Shown: positions 38,298 to 48,961, counted from the stretch's first letter. The stretch is DNA of 64,000 bases from Alphaproteobacteria bacterium (GCA_965261585.1 CBDHDN010000078.1:5640-69639), one strand, 5' to 3'. The notes: generated by a model from the sequence alone, not told the origin. Program-made: numbers and translations.

Positions 38298-41200
38298 TCA
38301 TGCCGGCCCGAACAGCGCATCGATATCCTCTTCCGTGAGCCCCAGCGGACCCCGGCCCGTGCCCTCGAACAGCGCGTCGGCCAGGGCCTGCTTGCGCGCC
38401 TGCATCCGCTGGATGGCGGCCTCGACGGTATTCTCGGCGATCAGCCGATGCACGAATACCGGCTTGTCCTGGCCGATCCGGTGCGCCCGGTCCATGGCCT
38501 GGCGCTCCACCGCCGGGTTCCACCAAGGATCGTAGACGATGACCGTGTCGGCCGCGGTCAGGTTGAGGCCCGTGCCGCCGGCCTTCAGGCTCACCAGGAA
38601 CACCGGCAGGTCCCCGGACTGAAATGCCGCGACCTGAGCATCGCGGTCCTTCGTTCGGCCATGCAGCATGGCGTAGCCCCAGCCGCGGGCGGCAATGTCC
38701 CGCTCGACCAGCTTCAGCATTGCCACGAACTGGGAGAAGACCAAGACCTTCCGCCCCTCGGCGACCAATTCCTCCAGCAGCGCCAGAAGGCGCGCCCGCT
38801 TGGCGCTCGCGGTGACCTTGCGGGCGGCGTCGAGCTTCACCAGGCCCGGATCGCAGCAGACCTGGCGCAGCTTGAGCAGCGCGTCGAGGATCGCGATGCG
38901 CGACGCCGCCAGGCCGCGCGCGGCGATCGCCTCGCGGACCCGCTTGTCCATCGCCGTCCGGATGCTCTCGTAGAGCGCGGCCTGGGCGCCTTCGAGCGGG
39001 ACCAGATCGTCGATCACCGTCTTTACCGGCAGCTCGCGCGCGACCTCCTCCTTGGTGCGTCGCATCAGGAACGGTTTCACCCGGGCCGAAAGCAGCCGCT
39101 GCCGGGCGCGGTCGCCATGCTTCTCGATCGGCGTGCGGAACTCGGTGGTGAACCTCTTGCGGTTGCCGAGCAGGCCCGGAACCAGCCAGTCGTAGAGCGC
39201 CCAGATCTCCTGGAGATTGTTCTCCAGCGGCGTCCCGGTAAGCACCAGGCGCTGGCGCGCGCGGATCTCCCGGATGCGTTTCGAGACGGCCGCCGCCGGG
39301 TTCTTCACCGCCTGCGCCTCGTCCAGCACCGCGATGTCATAGTCGTGCCCGAACAGCGATTCATGGTCCCTGTTGAGCAGCGGATAGGTCGTGACGACCA
39401 GGTGATGGTCGGGGATTTCCGCGAAGCGCCGCCGCCGGTCGGGCCCGTGCAGCACCAGAACCTTCAGGTCGGGCACGAAGCGCGCGGCCTCGCGCCGCCA
39501 GTTGCCGACCAGGCTCGTCGGCACCACCAGCAGGCTCGGAAGGGACGTCTCCCTCCTCCAGATGGCGGTGCGCGAGCAGGGCAAGGGTCTGCACGGTCTT
39601 TCCGAGCCCCATGTCGTCGGCCAGCACCCCGCCGAAGCCGCTCTCCGAAAGCGCCCTCAGCCAGCCATAGCCCGTGCGCTGGTAGGGACGCAGTTCGCCC
39701 CGCAGCGTGTCGGGCGGCGCCTGCTCCGGCGTCTCGGCAAGCGCCCGGAGCCGGGCTCCGAGATCGAGTATCTCCCGCCCGCCGGTCCAGGGCGCGCCGC
39801 AGCCTTCCAGAGCCTCCGCCAGCTCGAACAGGCGGCCCCGCATCGGCCCGATGGAATTCAAGCAGCCCCTGCGCTTCCAGAAACGCTTCGGCGAAGCGCC
39901 CGAAGCGCGAAGCGTCCAGTGCGAGCCAGGAGCCGTCCTCGAGCCGCACGTGGAAAAGCCTGCCGGCCAGGTGGCTCTCGATATCGAACCCTTCCTCAAG
40001 CCGGCCCCATTCGTCGACCGGCAGCTCCGCCACCAGCTGGAGCACGATCGGCGCGACATCGAACGTCCTGCCGTTCGCCTCCAGCGACAGGCTGAGTGAG
40101 AACCAATCCGTGTCCGTGGATTCGAGCGCGGTCGAGAACGCGACCGGACCGTCGTGCAGCCGGAACGGCCAGGACTCGTCGACCTCGATGCGCCAGCCCT
40201 CGGACCGCAGCCGCGGAACCGCCTGAATGACGAACCCCAGGCCGGCCCCGTCGTCCTCCCCGCCGCCGAGCGGCGGAAACACGACATCGGCGTCCCGCAG
40301 TTTGCGCAGCCGGCCGTAGTCGTAGCGCAGCATGTCGCGCTCCGCCTGGCCATAAGGCTTCGCCGCTTCCCGCAGCGTTTCCCCGAACCCCGCTTCGCGC
40401 GCGCGGTCGCGCTGGATGACGGCAAAGCCGTCCGCGTCCTGCGCCGCGATGTCGTCTCCCCGTCCGACGCGCAGACCGCTCCCGGCGCCCGGATAGACGA
40501 TTTCCAGGCGGGCGCACGGATAGACGAGGGCATCGCCGCCGCCCACCCCCACGATCCGCCTGCCGTCATAGGTATGCCGCATCGGCCTGTGCTCGCAGCC
40601 GAAGAGCTTGAGAACCGGCTCCGGACGGACATCGCTGCGCTCCTCGACCCGATGAAGCCGCGGCACCGGTGCGTGCTGGCCGATCCGGGACAGTTTCGCC
40701 GCGACGGCGTGGATCGACCGGTGCTCGACCGGCGGCGCGGCCGCAAACCAGGAGGCCAGCCGCGCCGGCAGACCGGTATCGGCGACGCCGATCTCGCCGG
40801 TTTCCGGGTCCAGGAACAACGGCGTCGGGAAGGGCAGCAGCGTCAGCGGCGAACCTGCTTCGTCGCGCGCCGCGACATGCTGCCTGCCGGCCTCGCCGAC
40901 CGTCCAGGCGAGATCGCAGCGCCGCGGCTCCGCCCAGGACAGCGCCATGCCCCCGATGTCGTCGGCCCGCGCGCGCCCGGTCTCTACGATCCCGCGGACC
41001 AGCCCGATCAACTCCTCGCCGTCCGGCCAGTCGTAATGTCGCGGCCAGATGCTCTCCTCGAAATAGCCGAGCCTGCCGAGCAGCGCGGCGTCTTCCGAGG
41101 TCAGGAACTTGCGCTGCGCGGACGCCGTGCCCTCGCGGTATTCCCGGAAATTCCTGCCGATCGTGCCGTCCTTCTTCAGATAGGCCCGGTAGGGATCGAT

Positions 41201-41755
41201 GCGCATGCCCCCTGTCTCATCGCGGTGGATCACATAGAACAGGTGGTCCCGGCCGGGCTCCGGCGGACCGTCCCGCCGGGCTTCCGGCCTTGCCGCGACC
41301 GCCCCGGGCCAGTCGTCCAGCCATCGGCGGACGTCCCGGGAGACGCCCTCGCGAGCTGTCCCGGCGACGCCGTGGTCCGCCCCCGGCGAGACATGCCGGG
41401 CGGCGAGCAGCACGGCGACCGTGTGCTTGCAGTTGTAACCGACCGGGCAGGAGCAGTGCCCTTCGAGCGGAAGCAGCATCCCGTCGCTTCCGAATTCGTA
41501 TTTGACCGCGACGGCATAGGGTTTGGGCCGGCTGCCCGAAACCTCGCCGTAAATCCGGCCGGCCGGGCCGAACTCGACCGAACGCACCATGCCGCGCACG
41601 AAATAGTCCAGCCCCCGCAGGTACGAGACTTCCCCGACCGCGCGCTCGATGTCGTCTGTTCCGAAGGTTTCCAAGCCGGCCTGTCCATCCCCCATGCCAC
41701 GGACCCGTTGCCCGAGAGGTGCAGCTTTCCACACGGGCGCGGGATCCGGCGACAT
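38298..41755 (-). pseudogene. SWIM-zinc-finger / SNF2-family helicase with at least 2 frameshifts
   Basis: SWIM motif CSCPVGYNCKHTVAV near the N-terminus; SNF2 motifs [18 protein letters not shown] and LTGTPLEN; helicase C motifs SLKAGGTGLNLT and QAMDRAHRIGQ. The reading frame changes near 39850 and near 39545. Confidence 0.8.
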
Positions 41756-41888
41756 TGCGGCGCTCGATACGCCCGGCGCTGCTTCGCCCGCTTGCTTTGC
41801 GCAAGCACGTTGCAGCGTGCCGGATACCGCCGGATCACCCTATTTTCCAACGGAAGACAGGGTCAAGGCCGCGCCCGAAGCCGAACGC

Positions 41889-42720
41889 TCAGAAGGCGTA
41901 GCGGAGCGACAGCCGGATGCCGTGGCCCTTCAGCCTCGCCTTCGTCGGCGCCAGATCGAGCGGCAGCGGCTCCCGGCTGCCGTCGCGCCAGACCACCCGG
42001 CCCGGACCCCGCGGCGTTCGGACTTCGCCGAGGTCCGTGTAGCGCCAGGCCAGATCGAAAGTCACGCGCTCTTCCAGTTCGACCGCGACACCTGCCGTCG
42101 CCATCCAGGCCAGTCCGGTCCGGTCTCCGCCCGGCACGGTCGTGGTTGTCGCCGGGAAGGTCATGGCGGTCTTCCCGATCCGGGTATGCGCGATTCCGAT
42201 GCCCGCGCCGACGAACGGTGCGAACGGGCCCGCTTTTGGCGCGCCCAGCGCGGCGAGGTCCGCGAAGACTGCCAGCATCCCCGATACGGACGACAGCTTC
42301 GCCGATACCGATTCGCGCTGCCCCGGCGCAAGAAAGTTGGCGCGCCCTTCGAACTCGAAGCGCGTCCGGTATTCGACCAGCAACTCGAAACGCGCCGCGC
42401 CCTTTGCATAGCCGAGCCCGAGCTCGACCGTGGGCACCGTCCCGAAATCGCCGGCCGACCGCAACCGCGCCCCGTCGCCGCCTGTTCCGCACCCATGTCG
42501 CCGCCTGTTCCGCACCCATAGAGCGCCGCCGGCGCCGTGGTGGAGCAGTCGACGTCGGTGAAATTTGCCTTTCCCGGCCGGTCCAGGCCGATCCCGCCAC
42601 GCAGGTAGTAGTCGCCCGCAACAGCGGCGCTGGACACCAGGCACATCACGGCCGCGACCGCGATTGCCGCCAGCCGAGCGCGACGCGCGCGTCCGCGGGC
42701 GCAACGGGTCGATCGCGCCA
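41889..42720 (-). pseudogene. outer-membrane beta-barrel protein disrupted by a 23-bp tandem duplication
   Basis: A signal peptide (AAIAVAAVMCLVSSAAVAGD) and a C-terminal ..IRLSLRYAF beta-signal are present. With one copy of the 23-mer removed the gene reads through in frame (..ALYGCGTGGDGARLRSAGDFG..). Confidence 0.75.
42473..42518. repeat. perfect 2 x 23-bp tandem duplication (GTCGCCGCCTGTTCCGCACCCAT)
   Basis: Read directly from the sequence; it lies inside the OMP gene. Confidence 0.95.
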
Positions 42721-42983
42721 TCCCCCCGTCCGAACCTCGGGACGGCGCCAGGAGCTCCGGGGAAGCGGCGTTACCGGGCTTCCGAGACATGCCCCACAGG
42801 TACCACGGCGCACCCCCGAATCCGATCCCCCAACGCCCATGACATGACACCCCACCGCGAACGATGTCCCCGCGTCGATTCCGCCGCCGGGGCGCGCGAC
42901 GGCGGGAGGCAGGAGGTGGCCTCCTTCGGGTGAACCCGAGGGCCGGAGAGCGGCCCCGGCACCGCCACCCGGGAGACCGATCC

Positions 42984-43436
42984 ATGCCCGCCGACCGCGC
43001 CGACATACACGTCCCCTCAGAGTGCCGGGAGATGATCCGGGCCGGTGCTCTCGTCGCCGTCAACCATTCCGGGGGCAAGGACAGCCAGGCCATGGCCGTC
43101 CTGCTGTCCCGCATCGTTCTCCCGGGCCGGCTTGTGGCCGTCCATGCGCCGCTCGGCGAAGTCGAATGGCCGGGCACGGTCGAACATATCCGGGCAACGC
43201 TTCCGGCCGGGGTGCCGCTGATCCTAGCCCCCGTTACCTCCGGCAAGACCCTGCTCCATAGCATCAAGGAACGGGGCCGGTTTCCTTCCCCGGCGGTTCG
43301 ATGGTGTACCAGTTCGCTGAAACGCGGACCCATCGAGCGCGAGCTGCGCCGCTATCTCAAGGCCCACCCGCGCTTCGGTGGGCGGATCGTCAGCGCCATG
43401 GGCATGCGCGCCGAAGAAAGCGCCGCCGGCGCGTTC
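42984..43436 (+). pseudogene. 3'-truncated PAPS-reductase-family gene (paralog of the fragment at 34.7 kb)
   Basis: MPADRADIHV...LVAVNHSGGKDSQAM (PP-loop SGGKDS)...RWCTSSLKRGPIERELRRYLKAHPRFGGRIVSAMGMRAEESAA. Similarity to the 34.7-kb copy ends at about 43437, where a repeat-rich foreign segment starts. Confidence 0.7.
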
Positions 43437-43450
43437 CTGTTCGGCGAGTG

Positions 43451-43617
43451 AATTTCCCTGTTTCCCCTTGAAAATTCCCTGCTTGGCCAATAACAATTCC
43501 CTGTTCGTGGCGTAGGGAATTGGGTCTCGTTTCCACGTGATATCAACGCCTTATACGGCCCGCTCCCGCCGATTTAAGGTCGAATCAGCAAAAATTCCCT
43601 GTATTTTCCCTGTTTAA
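43451..43617. repeat. cluster of 5 direct and 2 inverted copies of an (A/T)TTCCCTG(T) motif
   Basis: Direct copies lie at about 43451, 43471, 43495, 43581 and 43594. Inverted copies (CAGGGAATT / TAGGGAATT) lie at about 43511 and 43606. The last pair forms a 7-bp hairpin. Confidence 0.7.
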
Positions 43618-43621
43618 CAGG

Positions 43622-44247
43622 GAATTGACCGAAGAGACGAGTTCGCAGGAGACTGGTTGCACAAGCGAGCCGCCGCGGCGAACCCGCAGGCGCCGATCGA
43701 GGCGGTGGCGATCATCTCCTACGACGAGAAGCCGGGCATGCAGGCGATCGGGACGACGGCGCCCGACCTGCCGCCTGCGCCCGGTCGCCATGCCGGCTTC
43801 GGGCGTGATCACGAATATGTCCGCCACGGGACGATCAGCCTGCTCGCCGGCATCGATCTGCTGACCGGCAAGGTTCACGCCAGCGTCGAGGATCGCCATC
43901 GCTCGCGCGAGTTCGTCGCGTTTCTCAAACGCCTCGACGCGGCCTATCCACCGAGCACCGCGATCACGCTGATCCTCGACAATCACTCCGCGCATATCTC
44001 CAAGGAAACCCGAGGCTGGCTCGCCGACCAGCGAGAGGGCCGCTTCAGTTTCGTCTTCACTCCCAAGCACGGCTCCTGGCTCAACCTCATCGAGGGCTTC
44101 TTCTCCAAGCTCGCTCGCTCGGTGCTCCGGCACATCCGCGTCGCCTCCAAGCAGGAACTCAAGGACCGCATCATCGCCGCCATCGACGACATCAACCGAC
44201 ATCCCGTCGTCCACACCTGGTCCTACAAACTAAACGAGGTCGCCTGA
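43622..44247 (+). pseudogene. 5'-truncated IS630-family transposase (a second, divergent type)
   Basis: Contains the DDE half: ISYDEKPGMQA, ILDNHSAHIS, TPKHGSWLNLIEGFF. The HTH half is missing and a stop lies immediately upstream. Confidence 0.75.
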
Positions 44248-44346
44248 TATGATTCGATCCTCGGAAACGCTGAACTAGTAATTGCTTTCGCTTAGGACTG
44301 AGTCGCCGAGCGCCCGGCCCGCATACTTCGACGGGCTCAGCATGAG

Positions 44347-44402
44347 GGCCTCACCCTGAGCTTCCTCATCCCGAGCTTGTCGAGGGACGAAGGGTGAGGG
44401 CC
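44347..44402. repeat. REP-like GC-rich imperfect hairpin
   Basis: GGCCTCACCCT...AGGGTGAGGGCC arms enclose CTCATCCCGAGCTTGTCGAGGGACGAAGG, a motif type dispersed in many alphaproteobacterial genomes. Confidence 0.4.
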
Positions 44403-44431
44403 GTCGCACGCTTCTACGATAGTGGGTACTA

Positions 44432-45569
44432 GTGCACTGACTCAGACAGAAGGTACAGGCAGGCGGTGAAGTTTGGCGAGGATGGTGTCTGCGGATTTGG
44501 TCCAGACGAAGGGCTTGGGATCATTGTTGTGCTCGTCAATGTAGCGGTTGATGGCGGCCTGGAGGTCGACTATCGAGTGGAAGGTGCCGCGCTTGAGCCG
44601 CCGGCGCGTGAGGACAGAGAAGAAGCCCTCGACGGCGTTGAGCCAGGAGGCGGAGGTTGGGGTGAAGTGGAACACCCATCGGGGATGACGCGCCAGCCAG
44701 GCGCGGACCTTGGGATGCTTGTGGGCGGCGTAGTTGTCGAGGATGACGTGGATGACCTTGCCGGCCGGCACTTGGCGCTCGATCGCGCCGAGGAAGCGGA
44801 TGAACTCCTGATGGCGATGTCGCTGCATGTTGCGGCCGATGACGGCGCCGTCGAGGACGCTGAGCGCGGCGAACAAGGTGGTCGTGCCGTTTCGCTTGTA
44901 GTCGTGGGTCATGGTGCCGCACTTGCCGGGTTTCATCGGCAGCCCTGGCTGGGTCCGGTCGAGGGCCTGGATCTGGCTTTTCTCATCGATCGACAGCACC
45001 ACGGCATGGCTGGGCGGATCCATGTAGCGGCCGACGATGTCCTCGACCTTCTCGGCGAAGGCGGGGTCGTTGGAGCGCTTGAAGGTGCGGATGCGGTGCG
45101 GCTGCAAACGGTGGCCTTGCCAGATGCGCTGAACCGAGCGCAGGGAGATGCCGACGACCTCGGCCACCGCGCGGCCGGTCCAGTGGGTCGTCTCGCCCGG
45201 CGGCTCGGAGCAAGCCAGCGCCAACACTTGGGCCACGGTTGCCGTCGGCAGCGGCGGCGTGCCCGGCGGCCGGGTCTTGTCGCGCAACAGACCCTCGATG
45301 CCTTCCTCGGCGTAGCGCCGCTGCCAGCGCCAGACCGCCGGGCGGCTGACGCCGACGCGGCGCGCCACATCGAGAACCGGAAGTCGCTCCGCCGAATGCA
45401 ACACGACCCGGGCCCGCTGAACGTGCTTCAACGGCCGGCTACGATCACCGACGACGGCGGTCAGTCGCACGCGGTCATCGGCTCCTACAATCACACAGAC
45501 TTCCTGAGCCATGATCGCAGAATCGCACGATCACATGCCTTTGTGAATCCTATGTCTGCGTCAGTGCAC
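44432..45569 (-). mobile_element. IS630-family insertion sequence, copy B (1138 bp, TA/TA flanks)
   Basis: Inverted repeats are GTGCACTGACTCAGAC / GTCTGCGTCAGTGCAC, with TA at 44430-44431 and 45570-45571. Confidence 0.9.
44442..45512 (-). CDS. IS630-family DDE transposase (intact)
   Basis: 356 aa. It is identical to the copy A protein except for the N-terminal 11 to 19 residues. Confidence 0.9.
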   Translation of the reverse strand: MAQEVCVIVGADDRVRLTAVVGDRSRPLKHVQRARVVLHSAERLPVLDVARRVGVSRPAVWRWQRRYAEEGIEGLLRDKTRPPGTPPLPTATVAQVLALACSEPPGETTHWTGRAVAEVVGISLRSVQRIWQGHRLQPHRIRTFKRSNDPAFAEKVEDIVGRYMDPPSHAVVLSIDEKSQIQALDRTQPGLPMKPGKCGTMTHDYKRNGTTTLFAALSVLDGAVIGRNMQRHRHQEFIRFLGAIERQVPAGKVIHVILDNYAAHKHPKVRAWLARHPRWVFHFTPTSASWLNAVEGFFSVLTRRRLKRGTFHSIVDLQAAINRYIDEHNNDPKPFVWTKSADTILAKLHRLPVPSV

Positions 45570-45604
45570 TAGGGACCTGTGCGGGCGGGTGGTGGGCGAG
45601 TGGC

Positions 45605-45823
45605 TCAGGCCTGCCAGAACGGCTTGTCGGCCTCGTGGCGGATGTCCGATCGGGTCAGGCCGAGGTCGCGCAGCATGCGGTCGTCGAGTTCGGCAAGCTG
45701 CCTGCGGTCGCGCAGACGCGCAAACCACGCTGTGACCAGCCGGAAAAGGAACGCACCCAGTCCGACCTGCTGACCACGTACGCCGGTCCAACCGTCCACT
45801 TCCGCGTGAGTTTGATTGCGCAT
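45605..45823 (-). CDS. DUF1127-domain small protein
   Basis: 72 aa with the C-terminal motif RRQLAELDDRMLRDLGLTRSDI typical of DUF1127. Confidence 0.7.
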   Translation of the reverse strand: MRNQTHAEVDGWTGVRGQQVGLGAFLFRLVTAWFARLRDRRQLAELDDRMLRDLGLTRSDIRHEADKPFWQA

Positions 45824-46040
45824 TTATCAATCCCTCCTTGTCATGGTTCGGCCTGCACCGTAGCGGCCGTCCATGCGGCGGGCGACCCGGTTCTTGCGCT
45901 GCACCAACGGCCTTCAGGGTGACAGGTTCGGGTTAACCTCCGCTCAATTTTAGCTCGTAAACGATAGGTTTTCAGCGGACTTGCGCGGGTTGTTGGGGCA
46001 TGGTTCCGCCCGCCACAATGTGTGGTCGAGGACGGCCGAT

Positions 46041-46763
46041 ATGAAAATCGTCAGCATCGCCGAGCGGCCCGATCTGTGGCAGCCGGCCGACCGGCTCGCC
46101 AGCGCCGCCTGGCCAGAGTTCATGCGCCACGACGCGGTCGCCGTCGCCGGCTGGCCGCGCTTGCCCGTGGCCTTCCCGCAGTACCAACTGTGCGGCCTGA
46201 GCACGGCCGGCGAGGTGATCGCCGTCTTCAATGCCGTGCCGGTGCCATGGGATGCCGACGCCGACTTGCCCGGCGGGCTCGATGCGGCATTCGAGGCTGC
46301 GTTTGCCGCGGCCGTGGTGCCGGCCCGGGTGCTTTGCGCGCTCTCGGCGGTCGTTGCGCCGGGGCGGCGCGGCAGCGGTCTCAGCGCCCAGCTGTTGCGG
46401 GCGGCCCCTGCGAACGCCGATGCGCATGGCCTGGCGGCGCTGATCGCCCCGGTGCGGCAGACCGCCAAGGCGCAGTATCCGCTGATCCCGTTCGCCGACT
46501 ACGTCGCCTGGCGCGACGATGAGGGGCTGCCGTTCGATCCCTGGATTCGCGTGCACCACCGCCTCGGTGCTCGGGTCCACTCCATTGCCGGGGAGTCGAT
46601 GCTGATCGAGGGCACGACCGCCGATTGGGCCGCCTGGACCGGCCTCACGTTTCCCCAGAGCGGCGCCTACGTCGTCCCCGGCGCCCTGGTCCCGGTGACG
46701 GCGGACGTCGCGCGCGACGTCGTGCGCTATGTCGAGCCGAACCTCTGGATGGTGCACCCGTAG
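46041..46763 (+). CDS. hypothetical protein, possibly GNAT-like acyltransferase
   Basis: 240 aa from MKIVSIAERPDLW. The RRGSGLSAQLL segment resembles the GNAT acetyl-CoA loop. The call is weak. Confidence 0.4.
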   Translation: MKIVSIAERPDLWQPADRLASAAWPEFMRHDAVAVAGWPRLPVAFPQYQLCGLSTAGEVIAVFNAVPVPWDADADLPGGLDAAFEAAFAAAVVPARVLCALSAVVAPGRRGSGLSAQLLRAAPANADAHGLAALIAPVRQTAKAQYPLIPFADYVAWRDDEGLPFDPWIRVHHRLGARVHSIAGESMLIEGTTADWAAWTGLTFPQSGAYVVPGALVPVTADVARDVVRYVEPNLWMVHP

Positions 46764-47090
46764 GGTTAGGCCGGGCTCACCGCCACCAGCTCTGTTCGCG
46801 CCAGGCGGATGACCTGCCAGGCGGAGCTCAGGCTGAGGGCGGCGATCACCACGGCGACGGCGATGTCGGGCCAACCCGACGCCGTCGCCGCGACGCCGGC
46901 GGCCGCCGCGATCACGGCGACGTTGCTGATCTCGTCGTTGCGGCTGCACAGCCAAACCGAGCGCATGTTGCTGTCGCCGGCGCGGAAGCGGAACAGCATG
47001 GCGGCCACGCCGACGTTGGCAACCAGCGCCAGGGCCGCGGTCGCGCTCATGACCGCGGCGTCCGGCGGCGTGCCGGCGACGACCTTGTAG

Positions 47091-48961
47091 GTGTGCCGAG
47101 CATGACTGACAGCTTGGAGGTGAAAGTCTTCTATCCAGCCTGATGGTGGCGAAGGATTAGCGAAGCGCAAGGGCGTCGTCGCGAGGCGGGGTCTGAAGGA
47201 AGCGTGGAGCAAAACCGCGACCCGATGGACAAGAACCGGATATGAGGCCGACCCGGCCGGACGAGCGGGCCTACAACCGCGAAGTCCATAACCATCAAGG
47301 GCCGGGGCGGTAGATTCGGCGGGTGTGCGGTGAAGGCGGTCAGTCTTACCTCGGGAGGTCTGCGCCGTGTCCGGAATCCCCGGACTGAGCGTGCCCGTAA
47401 GGGCCGTGATCGCGGCGCAGAAGTCAGCAGAGGGCATAGTAGTCGGCTTGCCGACGAAGGCCCGAACGACGGACAGGGTGAGTAGGTCGGCACGCTCATG
47501 CGGACCAAGCGGCAGAATATCCAGTTGGAACTGGCCTTGGAGCCGGAGGCGAAGGGTGAAGCCCGGAGCACCGGAGACCGAGGGACCGAAGTTCGCGTGG
47601 CGTGTGCCGACCCCGAAAGCCCGGCGGACGGGCGGAGACCATCCATGGAGGCGGTGGTCGAGCCCGGCAATCTGAGGAAGGCGCTGGCGCGTGTCCAGCG
47701 CAACAAGGGGGCGCCCGGCATCGACGGCATGACGGTCGTAGAGCTGGGTGCTCATCTGAAGGACCACTGGCCCGAGACCAAGGCCCGACTTCTCGACGGC
47801 ACCTATGAACCGCAGCCGGTACGGCGCGTGGAGATACCGAAGGCATCGGGCGGCGTTCGCCTGCTCGGCGTGCCGACGGTGCTCGACCGCTTCATCCAGC
47901 AAGCGGTGATGCAGGTGTTGCAGGGAGACTGGGACGGAAGCTTCTCGGATGCGAGCTACGGGTTCCGGCCCGGACGCTCGGCCCATCAGGCGGTAACGCG
48001 CGCGCAGGACCACATCCGAGCGGGCTGCGCCATCGTGGTCGATCTCGATCTGGAGAAATTCTTCGACCGGGTGAACCACGACATCCTGATGGGGCTGGTG
48101 GCCAAGCGCGTGGCCGACAAACGTCTGCTCAAGCTCATCCGCGGTTTCCTGACCGCGGGGGTGATGGACGGTGGGCTAGTCGGCCCAACCACCGAGGGAA
48201 CGCCGCAGGGCGGTCCGCTCTCGCCGCTGCTGTCGAATCTGATGCTGGACGTCCTGGACAAGGAACTGGAGAAGCGCGGCCACCGCTTCGTCCGCTACGC
48301 CGACGACTGCAACATCTATGTGCGGTCCAGGCGCGCTGGCGAGCGGGTCATGGCTAGCGTGAAACGCTTCCTTGCCCGGCGGCTGAAGCTGAAGGTGAAC
48401 GCGGCAAAGAGCGGAGTGGACCGTCCGGCGGTGCGGGCCTTCCTGGGCTTCAGCTTCACGGGCGGGCGGTCGCCGAAGCGGCGCATCGCGCCGCAGGCGC
48501 TCGTCCGGTTCAAGGCGCGGGTCCGGAAGCTGACACGGCGTACCAAGAGTGTCAGTCTTGCCCGTCTCGTCGCGGAGTTGTCCCGCTACCTCATCGGGTG
48601 GCGGGGCTACTTCGGCTTCTGCGAGACCCCCTCGGTACTGCACCGCCTCGACGGGTGGGTCAGACGGCGGCTCCGCGCCTTCGTCTGGCGGCAGTGGAAG
48701 CGCGGGCGTACCCGCTTTGCGGCGCTGCGTCGCCTCGACATCAACCCGCACCTGTCGGCGAGGACCGCCGCCAGTGTCCGTGGGCCATGGCGAATCAGCA
48801 GCAGTCCCGCGCTTGTTTACGCGCTCCCCAACGCCTTCTTCGACCGGCTCGGCCTCGCGTCTCTCCGATGCAGTCCAGCCGCTTAAATCCGTCGAACCGC
48901 CGTGTACGGACCCGTATGCACGGTGGTGTGGGAGGGGTGGAGCCGCGAGGCTCCCCCCTAT
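47091..48961 (+). mobile_element. group II intron of a second type (1871 bp)
   Basis: The 5' end is GTGTGCC and the 3' end is ..CCCCCTAT. A domain V-like hairpin (CCGCCGTGTACGG..GTATGCACGGTGG) and a domain VI-like stem follow the RT ORF. The flanking exons rejoin in frame. Confidence 0.8.
47498..48886 (+). CDS. group II intron reverse transcriptase/maturase (second type)
   Basis: 462 aa with GAPGIDGMT, RLLGVPTVLDRFIQQA, FRPGRSAHQAV, YADDCNIYV and a maturase X domain. No HNH/En domain is evident. Confidence 0.9.
   Translation: MRTKRQNIQLELALEPEAKGEARSTGDRGTEVRVACADPESPADGRRPSMEAVVEPGNLRKALARVQRNKGAPGIDGMTVVELGAHLKDHWPETKARLLDGTYEPQPVRRVEIPKASGGVRLLGVPTVLDRFIQQAVMQVLQGDWDGSFSDASYGFRPGRSAHQAVTRAQDHIRAGCAIVVDLDLEKFFDRVNHDILMGLVAKRVADKRLLKLIRGFLTAGVMDGGLVGPTTEGTPQGGPLSPLLSNLMLDVLDKELEKRGHRFVRYADDCNIYVRSRRAGERVMASVKRFLARRLKLKVNAAKSGVDRPAVRAFLGFSFTGGRSPKRRIAPQALVRFKARVRKLTRRTKSVSLARLVAELSRYLIGWRGYFGFCETPSVLHRLDGWVRRRLRAFVWRQWKRGRTRFAALRRLDINPHLSARTAASVRGPWRISSSPALVYALPNAFFDRLGLASLRCSPAA

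Noticed and set aside
46766-48079. 437-aa minus-strand ORF that looks like a single large protein.
   Set aside because: It is a chimera. Only its C-terminal part of about 108 codons is the CDF transporter exon; the rest is the antisense translation of the group II intron.
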